A DNA stretch of 25,000 nucleotides from Takakia lepidozioides (lineage: Eukaryota > Plantae > Bryophyta): contig JAKLZA010000171.1 in NCBI GenBank assembly GCA_030704615.1, forward strand, positions 1 to 25,000, written 5' to 3'. Both the position numbers and the translations under genes were made by a program. Numbering within the stretch: the first letter of the stretch is position 1; each line of letters starts with the position of its first letter. The notes under the pieces were generated by a model that saw nothing but the letters and a program-made list of their open reading frames with translations, searched no databases and had not been told where the DNA came from. Of the stretch, positions 1 to 13,017 are shown one piece after another.

Positions 1-115
1 AATGTGACTGAGTGGCATATGTGATTGTGACTGCTCGGTGGACTGCCACCTATTTGCTGACTATGACTATTTGACTAGCATGGTCCAATGACGGACTGGA
101 TCTTCGATTTCAACA
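1..115 (-). repeat. 3' LTR of element 1 (partial)
   Basis: Matches 4545-4666 with 7 substitutions and one 7-bp indel by hand count. Confidence 0.95.
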
Positions 116-125
116 CTCCCACTCA
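116..125 (-). promoter_or_regulatory. Polypurine tract of element 1 (TGAGTGGGAG)
   Basis: Purine-rich tract abutting TGTTG of the 3' LTR; identical to the element 2 PPT. Confidence 0.85.
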
Positions 126-146
126 GTCCGACATTGTATGCATGCT

Positions 147-3100
147 TCAAAGATCGTTTGCACAGAGATTGCTTGCTGGGGAATGCAACCCGAGCATGGA
201 GCGAAAACAAAGGAACTTGTCTGGACCAAGAGCCTTCGAAAAAATATCGGCAATCTAATCGTTCGTATAAACATACTGAATGTCAATTTCTCCCTTCGTC
301 TGGTTCTCGCGAATGACATGGTACTGAACGTCTATGTGCTTTGCTCGACGATGGTATTCTGAATTGTGAACCAGTCTGATGCAACTCTGTTTATCGCTTT
401 GAAGTGGGGAGGGTGTCTTCTGTGAATGTCCAATGGAGTCCATGAGTCTCCGTAACCAAATAATCTCCCTCGTAGCCATGTGAGCCGCAACATACTCCGA
501 TTCAGTTGTCGATCTAGCAGTACATGCTTGTTTCCGACTGCTCCAAACAATTGCTCTTTGGTTCAATATAATGACACATCCGGATCTGGATTTTCTATCA
601 TCTATGTCACCAGCATAATCTGCGTCGCAAAATCCTGTGAGCATATTTGTGTCTTGCTTCCCATTGTAGGTCAGAACAAAATGAGATGTTCCCTTCAAGT
701 ATTTCATGATCCGTTTCACAGCGTTGCAGTGCACATGTCTGTGTCTTGATGCGTATTTCACCACTGTACTCACTGCATATGAGTTGTCAGGACGACTCTC
801 GATACTTGCAAACATGAAGCTTCCAACCAATTCCTGATATGGAAATTGGTAATCCATGATGTTTTCATTTTCTTCTTTCTTTGAGTCACCCGAAAGAGAG
901 TAGAAACTCATTTGAGTATTAGGGTCAGCAAGAGTAGTCACTGTCATTGTATTTTTGAAACCATACTTCGTGATCAGCTTCTCAATGTAGACTTGCTGAT
1001 CGATTGAAATAGTCTTGAGTTGCCGATCTCTTTTAATTCGCAAACCAACATAACAGTGTGTATCTCCCACTTTGGTTTCAAATTCCTTGCCCATGTATTC
1101 AAACATGTTGTCAAGCCTTGCTGACTCAACGCAACAGGCCAGTCCATCATCCACAAAAAGAGATGTGATGATTTTGGGCTTCTCCTTACTGTAGTAAATG
1201 CAAGGATCTGCCGCACTTGGTACCAAATTGTACCTAAGCAGAAAATTGTCAAACTTCGCATTCCAAACTTGTGAAGCCTATTTCAGTCCATTCAAACATT
1301 TTTTCAAACTGCATATCAGGTGCTCTGTGCTTGGTGCTATGAAGCCCAGCAGCTGGATCATGTAGATCTCTTCTTCGAGTTCTTCATAGAGAAACGCGGT
1401 TTTAATAGCAAATTGCATGATATTCATATCCTCAGATGCTGCAATGGCAAGAATGGTGCGAATGGAGTCATACTTGGCGACAGGAGAAAATGTTTCTGCA
1501 TAGTCGATACCATACTGCTGTGAGAATCCTTTGGCACCTAATCGTGTCTTGTATCTCTCAACTGTTCCATCTGATTTTGTTTTTAGTTTGAAAACCCATT
1601 TACATTGCACCGCTTTGCGATCACAAGGTAGTTCTGTAAGCAACCATGTCTCGTTTTTTAGTGAGAGAGTTGAATTCCTCATCCATCGCTTGCTGCCATT
1701 CGGACTCTCTGTTCTGAGTTGATCGCAGTCCAATAATATGGGGCTCTTCCAATGAACTCGCTACTCCAGCAAAAGACTGCACCTCGGCAAAATAAGCCCA
1801 GTCACCATACCTCGTTCGTGCTTGTCGTGATCGAGTTTCGTATCGTGTCATTTGCCCATGTGGTTTCTCCACACATCCATCAAGGACCACTTCAAGTTGA
1901 ACTCCCACTGGTTCATATACCGTTTGCTCATTATTTCGTCCTTTTTGAGCTCCCATCAATTGTTCTGTTGCCTCAACTGCATCCACTGTTCCCTTCATTG
2001 CTCCCACTGGTTCAGGTACTTCCACTGAGTCCGCAAGATCATCATACAGATCCATGATGGAGACTCCACTTTGAGTTTGCAATGACTGTGTTGTAGATGT
2101 GTATGATTCCTCATCAAACACAACATCTCGGCTGATTATCACATTCTTAGTGTCATTGTGCCAGAGCCGATATGCTTTGCTCTCGGTGCAATATCCTATG
2201 AATGCACATTTCTTGCACTTAGGATCAAGTTTGGATCTCATCTGCTTTGGAATGTGAGAATAGACATCTGATCCAAAAATCTCGAAATGAACAACAGATG
2301 GTCTTGCTCCTGAACATGCTTCGATTGGTGTCTTCCCATCCAGTAAACGTGTTCCTGTTCTATTCAGGATGTAAGCACTCGTTAGTACCGCCTCTGCCCA
2401 GAATTCCAGGCCAATATTGCTTGTATGCAACATACTCCTTAGTCACTACGAACTATCTTGACATTGTTCTTTGTTTCTTGTTGTGTCTGCTTAAGAACCT
2501 TACGAAAGTGCTCTATGACTTTAGACTTCTTCTTCATGTAGAATATCATTCTGTACCCTGAGAAATCATCTTTGAAAACTACATAATACCTTGATCCTCC
2601 GATGGAGTCTATTTTCATCGGTCCACACACATCCGTGTGTGAGAGATCTCCAGCTTTCTCAGCTTTTACTCTCTCATCATTGACAGGTAAGCTCTGTCTA
2701 TGGCTCTTGCTATAGGCACATCCTTTACAGAAGGTAGATGCCTCACTTATACTGCCTATCTTCAGACCTTCTACACTCTGTGATTCTTCCATTTTCTTGA
2801 TCATAGCATGATTTAGATGTCCCAAATGACAATGCCAGAGATGTAGATTGTTAGGGTTTGACTCACTCAAGAAAGCGATGCTCTCATTTTTGCCACTTAA
2901 CAAACCCCTGTCGATACTCTTAGGTATAATGACCTTCAACTGCAGCTTATACAGTTTCCCTTCACGCAAACCTACCATCACAATTCTTCCTCGTCCCTCA
3001 TTGCAAATTAATTTGCAACTCTCTTTATTATAGGTAGTGACAATTCCCTTGTCTGCTGCCTGTCCGATTGAGAATAGATTCTTTTTCAACTTATGGACAT

Positions 3101-4203
3101 ACAAAGCCTTTGTAATCACTCCTCTCTCTCACATGTCTCCAACAAGACTCAGAATCTCGATATCCCCAACTCTCTCAACCCACACAGACTCATTGTTAGC
3201 GACCACGGCAAGCCACTTCCCCTTAGCTATTGGTTCCAAATTCTTGAACCACTCTCTCTTATCGGTCATGTGCTCACTTGCACCGCCATCAGCATACCAA
3301 CAGTTACTCTTAGGCTTCAGCCATGGTAACTCTAGAAAATTGAGCCCCGTGAACAGTGTATGCAGTGCTAATATTGACCTTTGGAAACATACTCTCCACT
3401 TGATTTGCTTGACTTGTCTCTCCTTCTTATCAGGACACTCGCGCTCCTAGTGTCCTCTTCTTCCGCAACCATTGCAATGAGTTTGTTTCTTCAATTCCTC
3501 GATTCTCCTTCTCTTTTTTTGACGTTCAGCATACGTCAATCTTGGCTTACCATCACCGCTTCTGCTGCTATTCATATTACCTGGCCGACCAACAAAAAAG
3601 GCCTTATCTCTGGCTTCATCAAATGCTCCTCGTTTTTTGTTCAGAGTTTCTTCTTTTAGCAGTCTTACGGTAAGTTTCTCGATCGTCTGCTCATCCTTCA
3701 GAACACTGTCCCACGCCGAGATCATGTGTCGGTGTGAAGGAGGTAAACTGCAAATAATCTTGGTGATTACTACTCGATCTGTTGTGGCCTCCCCAAGATC
3801 ATTAAGCTGGCAGGCCATGGACTCAATGGTGCTAATGTGTTCAGCTACATCATCACCATCACTCATCTTGTATTCAAAAAATTATATGGATATTTTCGCT
3901 TGCGCATTGCTCACGAATGGTGATGAGACGACTCCACATCTCTGCTGATGTCTTGCATGCAATGAGTTGTTGCATGCGCTTCTTGCCTACCGACCTGCAG
4001 ATGTACAAAGAAGCACAGTTATCCTTGTCATCCCACTCATCCTGATCCAAAGCTTCTTCCCTCAATTCTATTCCCTCAACAACACATAAAAGCTTATTTG
4101 CTCGAAATAGCACTTGCATCTGGAACTTCCATAGTTGGAAGTTATCTCCCGTGAACTTCTCAATATTCGTGATGTTCTTAGAATCTGTCTTCACTGCCGC
4201 CAT
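147..4203 (-). pseudogene. gag-pol polyprotein of element 1, broken by stops and frameshifts
   Basis: Gag KFTGDNFQLWKFQM; Zn knuckle CNGCGRRGH*EREC; protease WYADGGASEHM; integrase WHCHLGH...CKGC and HTDVCGP; RT KWVFKLK and LFVDDG; RNase H CDADYAG, ESEYVA, KHIDVQYH. Confidence 0.95.
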
Positions 4204-4261
4204 TTCTTCTATCACCCTTACTTCTACAGAAAGAAAACCTCTCACACAGCATTAAGCGATT

Positions 4262-4275
4262 GTGGGCCCATAACC
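4262..4275 (-). promoter_or_regulatory. Primer-binding site GGTTATGGGCCCAC, complementary to the anticodon arm of initiator tRNA-Met (half-tRNA primer)
   Basis: Plus strand reads GTGGGCCCATAACC, the internal plant tRNA-iMet sequence around anticodon CAU; directly abuts the LTR end. Confidence 0.9.
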
Positions 4276-4666
4276 TATTAGAAATACTGATTTCACTGCT
4301 TGCTCATAGTTGTTTACAGAGTAGCCAGTAAGTTATGAAGAAACTATCCAACACTATTGAAACACTAAGAAGTACACGGCTTATCAATCTATAAGGCAAT
4401 CCATGGAATCAATGATGCTCACGCATCTGTAAGTCGAACTACACCACGCTATGAACATACATAAAAATTAACTGAGTATTGTCTACCACCAAAAAAAATA
4501 CAGGTGCTACTAAGTGCGCGAGATCCAACTAGCTAGAGTTTCCAAATGTGACTGAGTGGCATCTGTGATTGCGACTGCTCGGTTGATTGCCACCTATTTG
4601 CTGACTATGACTATTCGACCAGCATGGTCCAGATGTCAATGACGGACTGGATCTTCAATTTCAACA
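4276..4666 (-). repeat. 5' LTR of element 1 (~391 bp)
   Basis: Bounded by the PBS and TCAACA; PBS-side terminus reads TATTAG on +, probably mutated from TGTTAG. Confidence 0.88.
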
Positions 4667-5138
4667 GCCCCAACCATCTCAGTCAAATACAAAAAAAATC
4701 TTTCAACCAAGCGCTTGTAATCTATGGCGATACCTTGAGGACTTGAATCTTTTGGGAAGGTTAGTGCAACCACGTGGTCTGGGTTACGACTGTCAAAAGT
4801 TATCAACCAGTATTGGATGGTTATTGAGCATTGAAAGGGTAAGGTTATTTCACTCGGTTATTGTATGAAATAGATAGGTTGCTGGAAATCCATTACCAAC
4901 CTAGGATCGTAGTCTAATGACCTCCATTGAGACTGAAAAACTTTAAGACCAAGAATTTTGTGAACTCTGCGTGTATGTATAGCTATCAAGAATAATCTAG
5001 CATAGTATATGGATGTGAAACTCATGTATGATACCTCCTCTTACTGTCTGTTGACTGGGTAGGGGCCAACAAATACCTGCATCTCTAACAAGAAAAAGAG
5101 TGGAACCCCACCACCCAAAGTGTGGCCAGTGCTATAAC

Positions 5139-5421
5139 TGTTGACATAGTTTATAAATCTACACACATCTACAACGAGATTCCACAGCCAGAGTCCTACG
5201 ATCTATATATTCAGACATGAGAGAGAGAGAAAACAGTAAGTGAGAGACAAGCAAGACAACTATTCTTGATTCTTGAAAAACAAGATAACAATAGTATGGC
5301 TTCACGTCTATCTGTATTATGTCCAGTAACGAGCAGTCAACATATTTGACCAGCTGTCACTAATTTAAAATCAAACTCCTCATGACGAAGGTGTGTGGAT
5401 GTAAATCGTTGTAATCCTACA
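5139..5421 (-). repeat. 3' LTR of element 2 (283 bp)
   Basis: About 6 substitutions and 2 small indels versus 9867-10148 by hand count. Confidence 0.97.
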
Positions 5422-5431
5422 CTCCCACTCA
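5422..5431 (-). promoter_or_regulatory. Polypurine tract of element 2 (TGAGTGGGAG)
   Basis: Abuts the 3' LTR start. Confidence 0.85.
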
Positions 5432-5456
5432 TACACATATGCTTCATGCATGAGCC

Positions 5457-8400
5457 TTAGGGTACTGGCACTATGCCTGCCATGCCCCTAAATCTGATAA
5501 TCTTATCAGCTGGTAGAGCCTTAGTAAACATGTCTGCAAGTTGATCTTGCGTAGGAACATAGGCTATGTCTACCTCCCCTGCAACCTGCTTGTCTGGCAC
5601 ATAGTGATACTGGATATCTATGTGCTTTGTACGCTTGTGAAATTCAGGATTTCTCACCAAACGAATAGCACTCTGATTATCTGACAATAAATCAGTTGCT
5701 CCCTCCTGCTCATACCCTATGTCCTTCAACAACCGTCGAACCCAGACAGCCTCTTTCGTTGCTGTACATGCAGCCACGTATTCAGACTCTGTTGTAGAGT
5801 TTGATGTGCATTTCTGGAGTTGGCTTCTCCATGCGAGTGGTCCTTCGTTCATCAAGAAAATGAATCATGTCTTGGACCTGCGATCCTCTAGATCTCCCCC
5901 ATACTCCGCATCACAGTAACCCGTCAAGGTATTCTCAGCCTGTTCACTGCTCCCACTAAACAAATCCCATAGTTTAGTGTGCCCTTTAGATATTTAAATA
6001 TCCGTTTCACTGCATTCCAGTGAGCTCTTCCTGGACAGTGCGAATATTTTGTTGCACAACTGATAGCGTAGGCAATGTCAGGTCGTGTGCCCAACATCGC
6101 AAACATAAGTGAGCCAACTGCCTCCCTGTAAGGTAGGTACTCATTATTCTCTCCTTCGTTATCTTCGTATTGTTCAGCCACATGCAAGCTGCTTAACCTT
6201 GCATTAGGGTCAGCTGGAACAATCACAGGACTTGCGTCATCAAATCCAAAACGTTTGATGATGTGAGCAATATACCTCTTCTAATCCAGGTATATCATTC
6301 TTTTGTCCCCATCTCTGGTTATTCACAATCCCACGTAACAGTCGACTTCTCCTGCTTTCATGTCAAAATGCAGATTCAAGTATCCGATGATCTCATCCAA
6401 TTTTGATTTATGACGGCTGCAAACAATTCCATCATCTACAAAGATTGTTGTAATCGTCTCTGATGCACCATCACTGTAATACACACAGCAGTCAGCCTGG
6501 CTTGACTTTAGGTCATACTTCACAAGAAAATGATTGAACTTCTCATTCCATGCCCGGGATGCTTGTTTAAGCCCATATAAACTCTTCTTTAGAACAGAGA
6601 CTTCATCTTCATGTCCTCTTTCTATGTAACCTTCTGGTTGCATCATATACAGCTCTTCATCCAAATCTCCATTCAGGAAAGCTATCTTCATGTCAAATTG
6701 GACTATGTTCATGTCCTTGACTGCAGCTATGCTCAAGATCGTCCTGATCGAATCAGACTTGACAACTGGGGCGAAAGTCTCATCATAGTCTATGCTAGTC
6801 TATGCCCTGCTGCTGTGAATATCCTTTAGCAACTACTTTTGCCTTGAACCTCTCAATTGTGCCATCCGATTTCTGTTTGACCTTAAACACCCATTTGCAC
6901 TTTATGGCTGTTCTCCCTGGGGGCAATTTGCCTAGAACCCATGTTCTGTTCTGCAGCAATGATTGATACTCTTCAAACATGGCTTCTTTCCAGCTTTCCG
7001 AATGTTCAGACTTAATGGCTTCTTGATAGGTTTTAGGCTCATCAGGTAAAGACTCGGCTTCCGCTAAACATGCATGAGATAATTTCTGCTTCCTTCCTTC
7101 ATTTAACATGTTTAACACATATTCACTCAGTCTACTCGGTGGTCTCCTTTCCCTATGTGGATTAACTCTTAGTGGTTGGACTACCTGGTCTCTCCCACTG
7201 GTCGATGCTTCTCCCACTCTCGTAGTTAGATCAGCACTGATCAACAAAGGCACTGCAGAAATACCACTCTCTATTGACTCATTCAATTGACAGGGTCTTG
7301 TATTTTCCTGACCTGTGATTATGTCACCAACTGGTGTGGCTACCTGGTTGTGACCATTCTGAACTACAGGAGGAACTACTGATGTTGTTGGCACATTGAC
7401 TACAGTCTGAGTTTTGAAATCCAAAACATCTACAGTCAGTTTCTCTCCCTGCAGCGTATTCTCTTCGAAAAGTACATCTCGACTGATCGTGATTTTTCTC
7501 TTGATAGGATCCCAAAGTTTGTAAGCTTTGCTTGTCTCACAGTAGCCTACAAACAAATGCTTGACACTCTTCGGATCAAACTTCTTCCGTAATTCTTTCG
7601 GGACATGCACATATGCCGTACTCCCAAAAATCCTCAAGTGCGCAATTGATGGTTTTCTCTTGTGCCATTTCTCAAACGGAGTCTCGTTCTCCAATGTTCT
7701 GGTAGCAGATCAATTTAGTACATACACGGCTGTATGCACAGCTTCTGCCCAGAGATAAATAGGTAACCCATTCGCATACAACATGCTTCTGGCGCTCTCG
7801 ACAATTATCCTATTGTCTCGTTCAATATAGCCGTTCTGTTGCGGCGTATAGGGAGCTGTGGTCTCATGCCATATCCCTGCTTGTTGTAAGTAATCTTGGA
7901 AATATTTTCCCATATACTCTCCACCTCGATCAGTTCTAAGAATCTTGATCTCGTTACCTGATTCTGTCTTGACCTGTTTCTGCAAGACCTTGAAACAGAA
8001 GAAGACATCTGATTTCTTCTTAATGCAATAGATAAACCTATAGCCACTATTATCATCCTTAAACAGAGCATAATATCTAGACCCTGATGGCGAATTAACA
8101 CTCATAGGACCGCATATGTCCGAATGAAAAAATTCTCCCGGTCTCTCGAATCTCTCACGATTGAGTTTTCCTTCAAATGGCAGCCTATGCTGTTACACAC
8201 AGCTCTTACAGAGCCTGTCGCTCATAGCTTCAGTAGTAAGCTTCAATCCTTCTACCATATTTTTTTGATTCATCCTTTTTATCATTGCAACATTTACATG
8301 TCCTAGTCTGCAATGCCAAACCTTCAAATCACTCATTGTTTCTGATGCTAGGTTTGCTTCAGACTCTTTGGTTCTCTCAACCAATTCCTCATCTTTGACA

Positions 8401-9776
8401 TCTGTGTTCCAGTCTGCGACTACAACATTTGCTTGAGTATCATTTGGATCTATGATCTCAATATCAAGCTTGTAAAGCTTTCTGTCCCTTCTTCCTTCCA
8501 TCACAGTATTTCCTACTGCATCAGTCAATTTGCAAGTATTCTTGCTATAAGTAGTTGTAAGATTCTTGTCAGCAACTTGGCCTATGGAAAATAGATTTTT
8601 CTTTAACTCTGGGACATACAGAACATTTTTTATCGTCCCACGCTTCCATCCATCGTTAACATGACAATGAATCTCAATATCACCAACACCTGCCACCCAT
8701 AGTTGTCGATTGTCAGCCACGTACACTGGCCAACGCCCTCTGGGTATTTTCCTCATGGTCTGGAACCTTTTTTTTTAATCAGTCATATGTTCAGTTGCGC
8801 CTCCATCAGCGAACCGAAATTCCTGATTGCGAATAGTTGAATCAATTGCAGCAAACGCAGCACTCTCACATTTGTCAAGAGTTACATTGGCATGACTTCT
8901 TGATCCAGATGTGATCCCCGCAGCTTCATCACGTATGCGCTTTCGACATTCGTTTATCCAATGTCCCGGCATACCACAGTAGTTACATCTGATGTTCTTT
9001 TTTTTCTCAGCGATGCTATCAAGATGATCGGTGGTTGCAACCATGAAAACTTGATCGCACCGGCCTCTTTAGTGTTGTGTTCTTACTGTTCTTCTTGATT
9101 TGTTTTCCATCCTTCATAAAGAATGCATGACCTCCAGCCCGATCTCCTTCTTGCTCTGCATCATAGAGCTTTGCTCTTGCTTCCTCCTTTAACAGCCGCA
9201 CTGTTAGATTATCGATTGTCTGACTGGCTTGTGGAACGTTGTCCCACGCTGCCAACACATGTTTGTAGGACTGGGGCAAACTACAGATGACCTTTGTCAT
9301 TATTGATGTGTTTGATATTACTTCACCGAGATCGTTCAATTTAGCAGCTAGTGACTCGATTTTGCTAATGTGATCAGCTATTTCGTCACCTGCTTTCATT
9401 TTGTATTCAAAAAACTCTTGCTGCAGGACGTGCTTATTCTCTGGCACGTTTTATTCATGAGTGATCAATAACCTCTGCCACATCTGATGTGCAGTAACAC
9501 AATTAATCAGCCTCTGAAGGTGTCTCTGATCTACAGATGCATAGATGTACATCTTCCCTACATTATTTCCTTCGTCCCAAACTGTTTGTGCAGCAAGTAA
9601 CTCATCGGCAAAAGCACCTGGGCTTGCTACCGCAGTTGGTCTAACTCCAGATCCATCAATGATTGTCATCAATTGTTTTGCTTCAAACACAATTCTCATA
9701 TGGAATTTCCACAACTGTTCTCGCCATTGAACTTGGTTATGTGCGTGAAATCTCTTGTATCTACATTCCTAGCCAT
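5457..9776 (-). pseudogene. gag-pol polyprotein of element 2, broken by stops and frameshifts
   Basis: MARNVDTRDFTHITKFNGEN start; knuckle CNYCGMPGHWINEC; protease FADGGATEHM; integrase WHCRLGH...CKSC, RTDRGGEY, PQQNGYIER; RT SLYGLKQASRAW and IFVDDG; RNase H SDNQSAI and KHIDIQYH; 10-bp tandem duplication TAGTCTATGC at 6786-6805. Confidence 0.96.
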
Positions 9777-9853
9777 CTTGACTAACTTCTGTAGATTAAA
9801 CAAAAACAAGAAAGCATAACAACATCTTCAGCGTAGTGGTTTCAGTACCAATC

Positions 9854-9866
9854 TGGGCCCATAACC
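9854..9866 (-). promoter_or_regulatory. Half-tRNA-iMet primer-binding site GGTTATGGGCCCA
   Basis: Plus strand TGGGCCCATAACC immediately followed by LTR TGTTG. Confidence 0.9.
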
Positions 9867-10148
9867 TGTTGACAGAGTTTATAAATCTACACACATCTAC
9901 AACGAGATTCCACAGCCAGAGTCCTACGATCTGTATATTCAGACATGAGAGAGAGAGAAAACAGTAAGTGAGAGACAAGCAAGACAACTATTCTTGATTC
10001 TTGAAAAACAAGATAACATAATAGTCGGGCTTCACGTCTATCTGTATTTTGTCCAGTAACGAGCAGTCAAATTTGACCAGCTGTCACTAATTTAAAATCA
10101 AACTCCTCATGATGAAGGTGTGTGGATGTAAATCGTTGTAATCCTACA
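9867..10148 (-). repeat. 5' LTR of element 2 (282 bp)
   Basis: TGTTG...CTACA, followed by TSD ATAAC. Confidence 0.97.
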
Positions 10149-11612
10149 ATAACCACTGCATATTGGCTTGTTCCTCATCTAAGGCCCCATATCTTGCATC
10201 ACCTAATTGAGAGATTGATTTAGACTCGATTGAGATGGGAATCCGAATAAGAAACATAGCCTGGCTACGCTTCTCCACTAGGTGGTCTTCGATGTCTTCG
10301 ATCAATAGAACAAACATTTGTCGATAAAACTGTGCTTCTTTAAGGACAGGAGATAATTGGATGAAAAATCTGGAGGAAAACTCTGCTGCAAGGAGTAAAA
10401 CTTTGAACTATATAATGGAAGCTTGCAGCTCCACAATATTTATGATTTCCCTACCGATTTTGACATTGTTTTCCCATGCTTACTGCAAAAATCGTTTTGA
10501 GCCTCCATTCAAAAACTATCCTTTGTGGATATCCAAATGTTCCTCCAGCCTTTCTGCGAGTATCTGCTAGTTGGTCATGGATCTCTTCTAATGTATGTGA
10601 AAGCATATGTGTCTATCGGTTGACATTCCAAAATGTTTCTGTTGGTGTTCAAGTATCATCGAAGCTATGATGCGACCATGGACATGTGGCGAGAACGCCC
10701 CTGCGCTCTAGTAAGTGGGGTAAAATACATTGATGATGTGTTTGCACAGCCAAGCCCAACAGCATGACTGTTTGATGATATATGTTTAGATGAATGATTT
10801 GGAGAAATGCTTTTTGCGTGAATTCGTTCAACCCATAGCAATTGGGTCTAGGCTTGGCTATGTCTAAGCTGTGCTTGAGGCCAAAAATCATTTGATGTAA
10901 TTGCCCTTAACATTGCCACACTTTAGAGGAAGATGAGAGGAAGAGGTGAGATATTTTTCTCATGAGTACCGATTCAATGATTCCCAGTTGAACACATATT
11001 AATGAACATTAGAAGACACTGGCCTTTTCCAGCTTAAGCGAGGAGCAATGCACAGTCAAAATGTGCGTACTTGTACACGCCTGTGAATCGTGAAGACCCA
11101 CGGGAGAATCCTTGAGAGTTCCTGTTGATCAGCACATAATTATATCTATGAGTTCTACAGCATGTGTAGGAATTCCAAATTGCCTGTTCAACGTTCCATT
11201 AGATTCCATATTTCATGCAATAAATTATCCACTAATTTATATGTCTTTTGAAGTTCTCTTATCAGAGGCTGGCTAGGGATTTATACCACAGAGGAAGGTA
11301 CAGATCTGGCTTTAGTCACTTCCTATGTGAAAAGTAATCCGACGGAAGCATAATGTTAGCAAAGGAAGTTAGTTATTAGTCTTGGAGATAGTCCCAATCA
11401 TATAAGAAAATGCTCCTGAAGATATGGAACGTCATATACATATTATAATGGAGAAACTTCTGTAACACATTCTTATACACAAATGAACCGTACATTCATC
11501 TCTAGGTCCACTCTACACAAGCATTCATCTCTATCCAATCACTCGACATGCGCATCGTGATGAGATGAGATGCATTCTTATGTATCAACATAGCACTTGA
11601 AAACACTCGCAA

Positions 11613-12075
11613 GCTTGTGTTCCGATGCCTTTACAAACAATTGTAATTTCAATGCAAGTTATTGCGACGACAAAGGCAGGACGACTTCTGCACCTGGCAC
11701 CAAAATGTCGCTTTATGGAGCCACTTGTCCCAGTCGACATCGCTGAAAGGCCCCACAAAATGAAAGTTGTTTGTCTAACAGAGGACAGGGTCAGAGTTCT
11801 AGATCTTAAGCGATGGCACCTTGTGTTTTGGTTCCACCATTGCCATTGCAAGCCTATGCCACTTCTCATGTGTTATTTCTGGCTTGCCACTCTTGTTCCA
11901 ATGGAGCCGCACCTAGTCCATGAATCCTGCACTGAGACTAGGATCAGCTATACGAAGCTGTTTGGTGAACGTTGTGACAACGTTTTTGCGGCATAAGTCC
12001 GTTGCTTTGTTGATGGCCTGCTCAATTCCACGATAGGGACAACTTCTCAGTACCTCGTATGCATGTGCCCCCACT
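11613..12075 (-). pseudogene. Decayed coding fragment of unknown gene X (part 1)
   Basis: Protein-like frame read through isolated stops: AYEVLRSCPYRGIEQAINKATDLCRKNVVTTFTKQLRIADPSLSAGFMD*VRLHWNKSGKPEITHEKWHRLAMAMVEPKHKVPSLKI*...DVDWDKWLHKATFW. Confidence 0.45.
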
Positions 12076-12139
12076 TTCGTGGGTGAATCTTCTTCAACAT
12101 CGTTCCTTCTCGAGTCTCCAACCACTACAGTCCGGGGAG

Positions 12140-13017
12140 AAGGAGAGAACATGCTGCTGGTAGTGGAGTCTGACTGTACAGAGGCAATGTGGCATATAGA
12201 ACGGACTCCCAAGGATCAAAAGTCAAGTGTGTCGCTATTAGAGCACCCTCATTTCAGAAGTGCACCGCCCAGATTTCGAAGGGGACATGCGGAACTCCTG
12301 CCTCGACATTCACCAGCTTGTTCAAGCATTACATGTCGTGGGAGTCTAGGCCTCACAAGTTTTGGTTCTGCCCGGATGACATTGTGCGTTGTGTCATGGG
12401 GACTGTTCGGGATTCTGTGATAATGAAGCCTCAAATTCCAGCTGTGTGGCCAGTGAAGTTAGGAACCACACTCTCCAAATTGGAAATTAACATGCTGGAG
12501 GAGGCCGGGTTTCGCCTTCTGAGAGGCCCAACTGTCGTAACGCCGGTTTCTCTAATGGCTTTCCCTTCCAACTTTCCTGCATGTCCTCGACAGGGCAACG
12601 ATTGGTCCACAAAAAGGAATGGAAATGCGGTATTTTGGGTTGAGGCTGATGCAGATAATGAGTACAAGATAAAGTCTGCTAGAACCCTGCAGTGTCGCGT
12701 CACCCAAATTGTGAATGTCCCCCTTGTCAGACTATAGGCGGATGCATACCATGGCGACCTCTAGATCGGATGTTCATGACAGGACCTATGAGATTACTAT
12801 TGGAGATTTTCCTAGTTGTACTTGTCCGGACTTTCAGAATACGCTCTCAAGCTCTTTTGGTAAGAGAGGCAAATTTGTCCCGTGCAAGCATCTTAACTAC
12901 ATCTACATTCAGAGGATGTTTTGCGATCCTAAACGAGACACGTATATTCACCAATGTACATTAGGACCCAATGACGTTCATACATTACTGCAGCGAGATA
13001 GTTCGGGTTCAATTTGA
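12140..13017 (+). pseudogene. 5'-truncated SWIM zinc-finger protein gene with two frameshifts
   Basis: C-terminal YEITIGDFPSCTCPDF-x14-PCKHLNYIY (CxC...CxH); ORFs 12079, 12189 and 12715 join by frameshifts near 12210 and 12725. Confidence 0.8.

Larger units (their letters stand above)
1..4666 (-). mobile_element. Ty1/copia LTR retrotransposon 1 (decayed; 3' LTR runs off window start)
   Basis: Direct repeats 1-115 and 4545-4666, both ending TTTCAACA on +; PBS next to one LTR and PPT next to the other; internal order Gag-PR-INT-RT-RH on minus strand. Confidence 0.97.
5139..10148 (-). mobile_element. Ty1/copia LTR retrotransposon 2, full length (5010 bp), decayed, 5-bp TSD ATAAC
   Basis: LTRs 5139-5421 and 9867-10148 (TG...CA); ATAAC at 5134-5138 and 10149-10153; PBS, PPT and Gag-PR-INT-RT-RH order. 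Confidence 0.98.

Noticed and set aside
5134-5138. TSD ATAAC equals part of the PBS sequence next to the other LTR (ATAACC)
   Set aside because: A 5-bp match offset by one base; it is present on both flanks as a normal TSD, so coincidence is sufficient.
134-9730. Many short plus-strand ORFs over elements 1 and 2
   Set aside because: Antisense shadows of gag-pol with no recognisable motifs.
10154-11250. Coding-like composition right of element 2
   Set aside because: The frames I read contain stops and no motif I could recognise; left unannotated.
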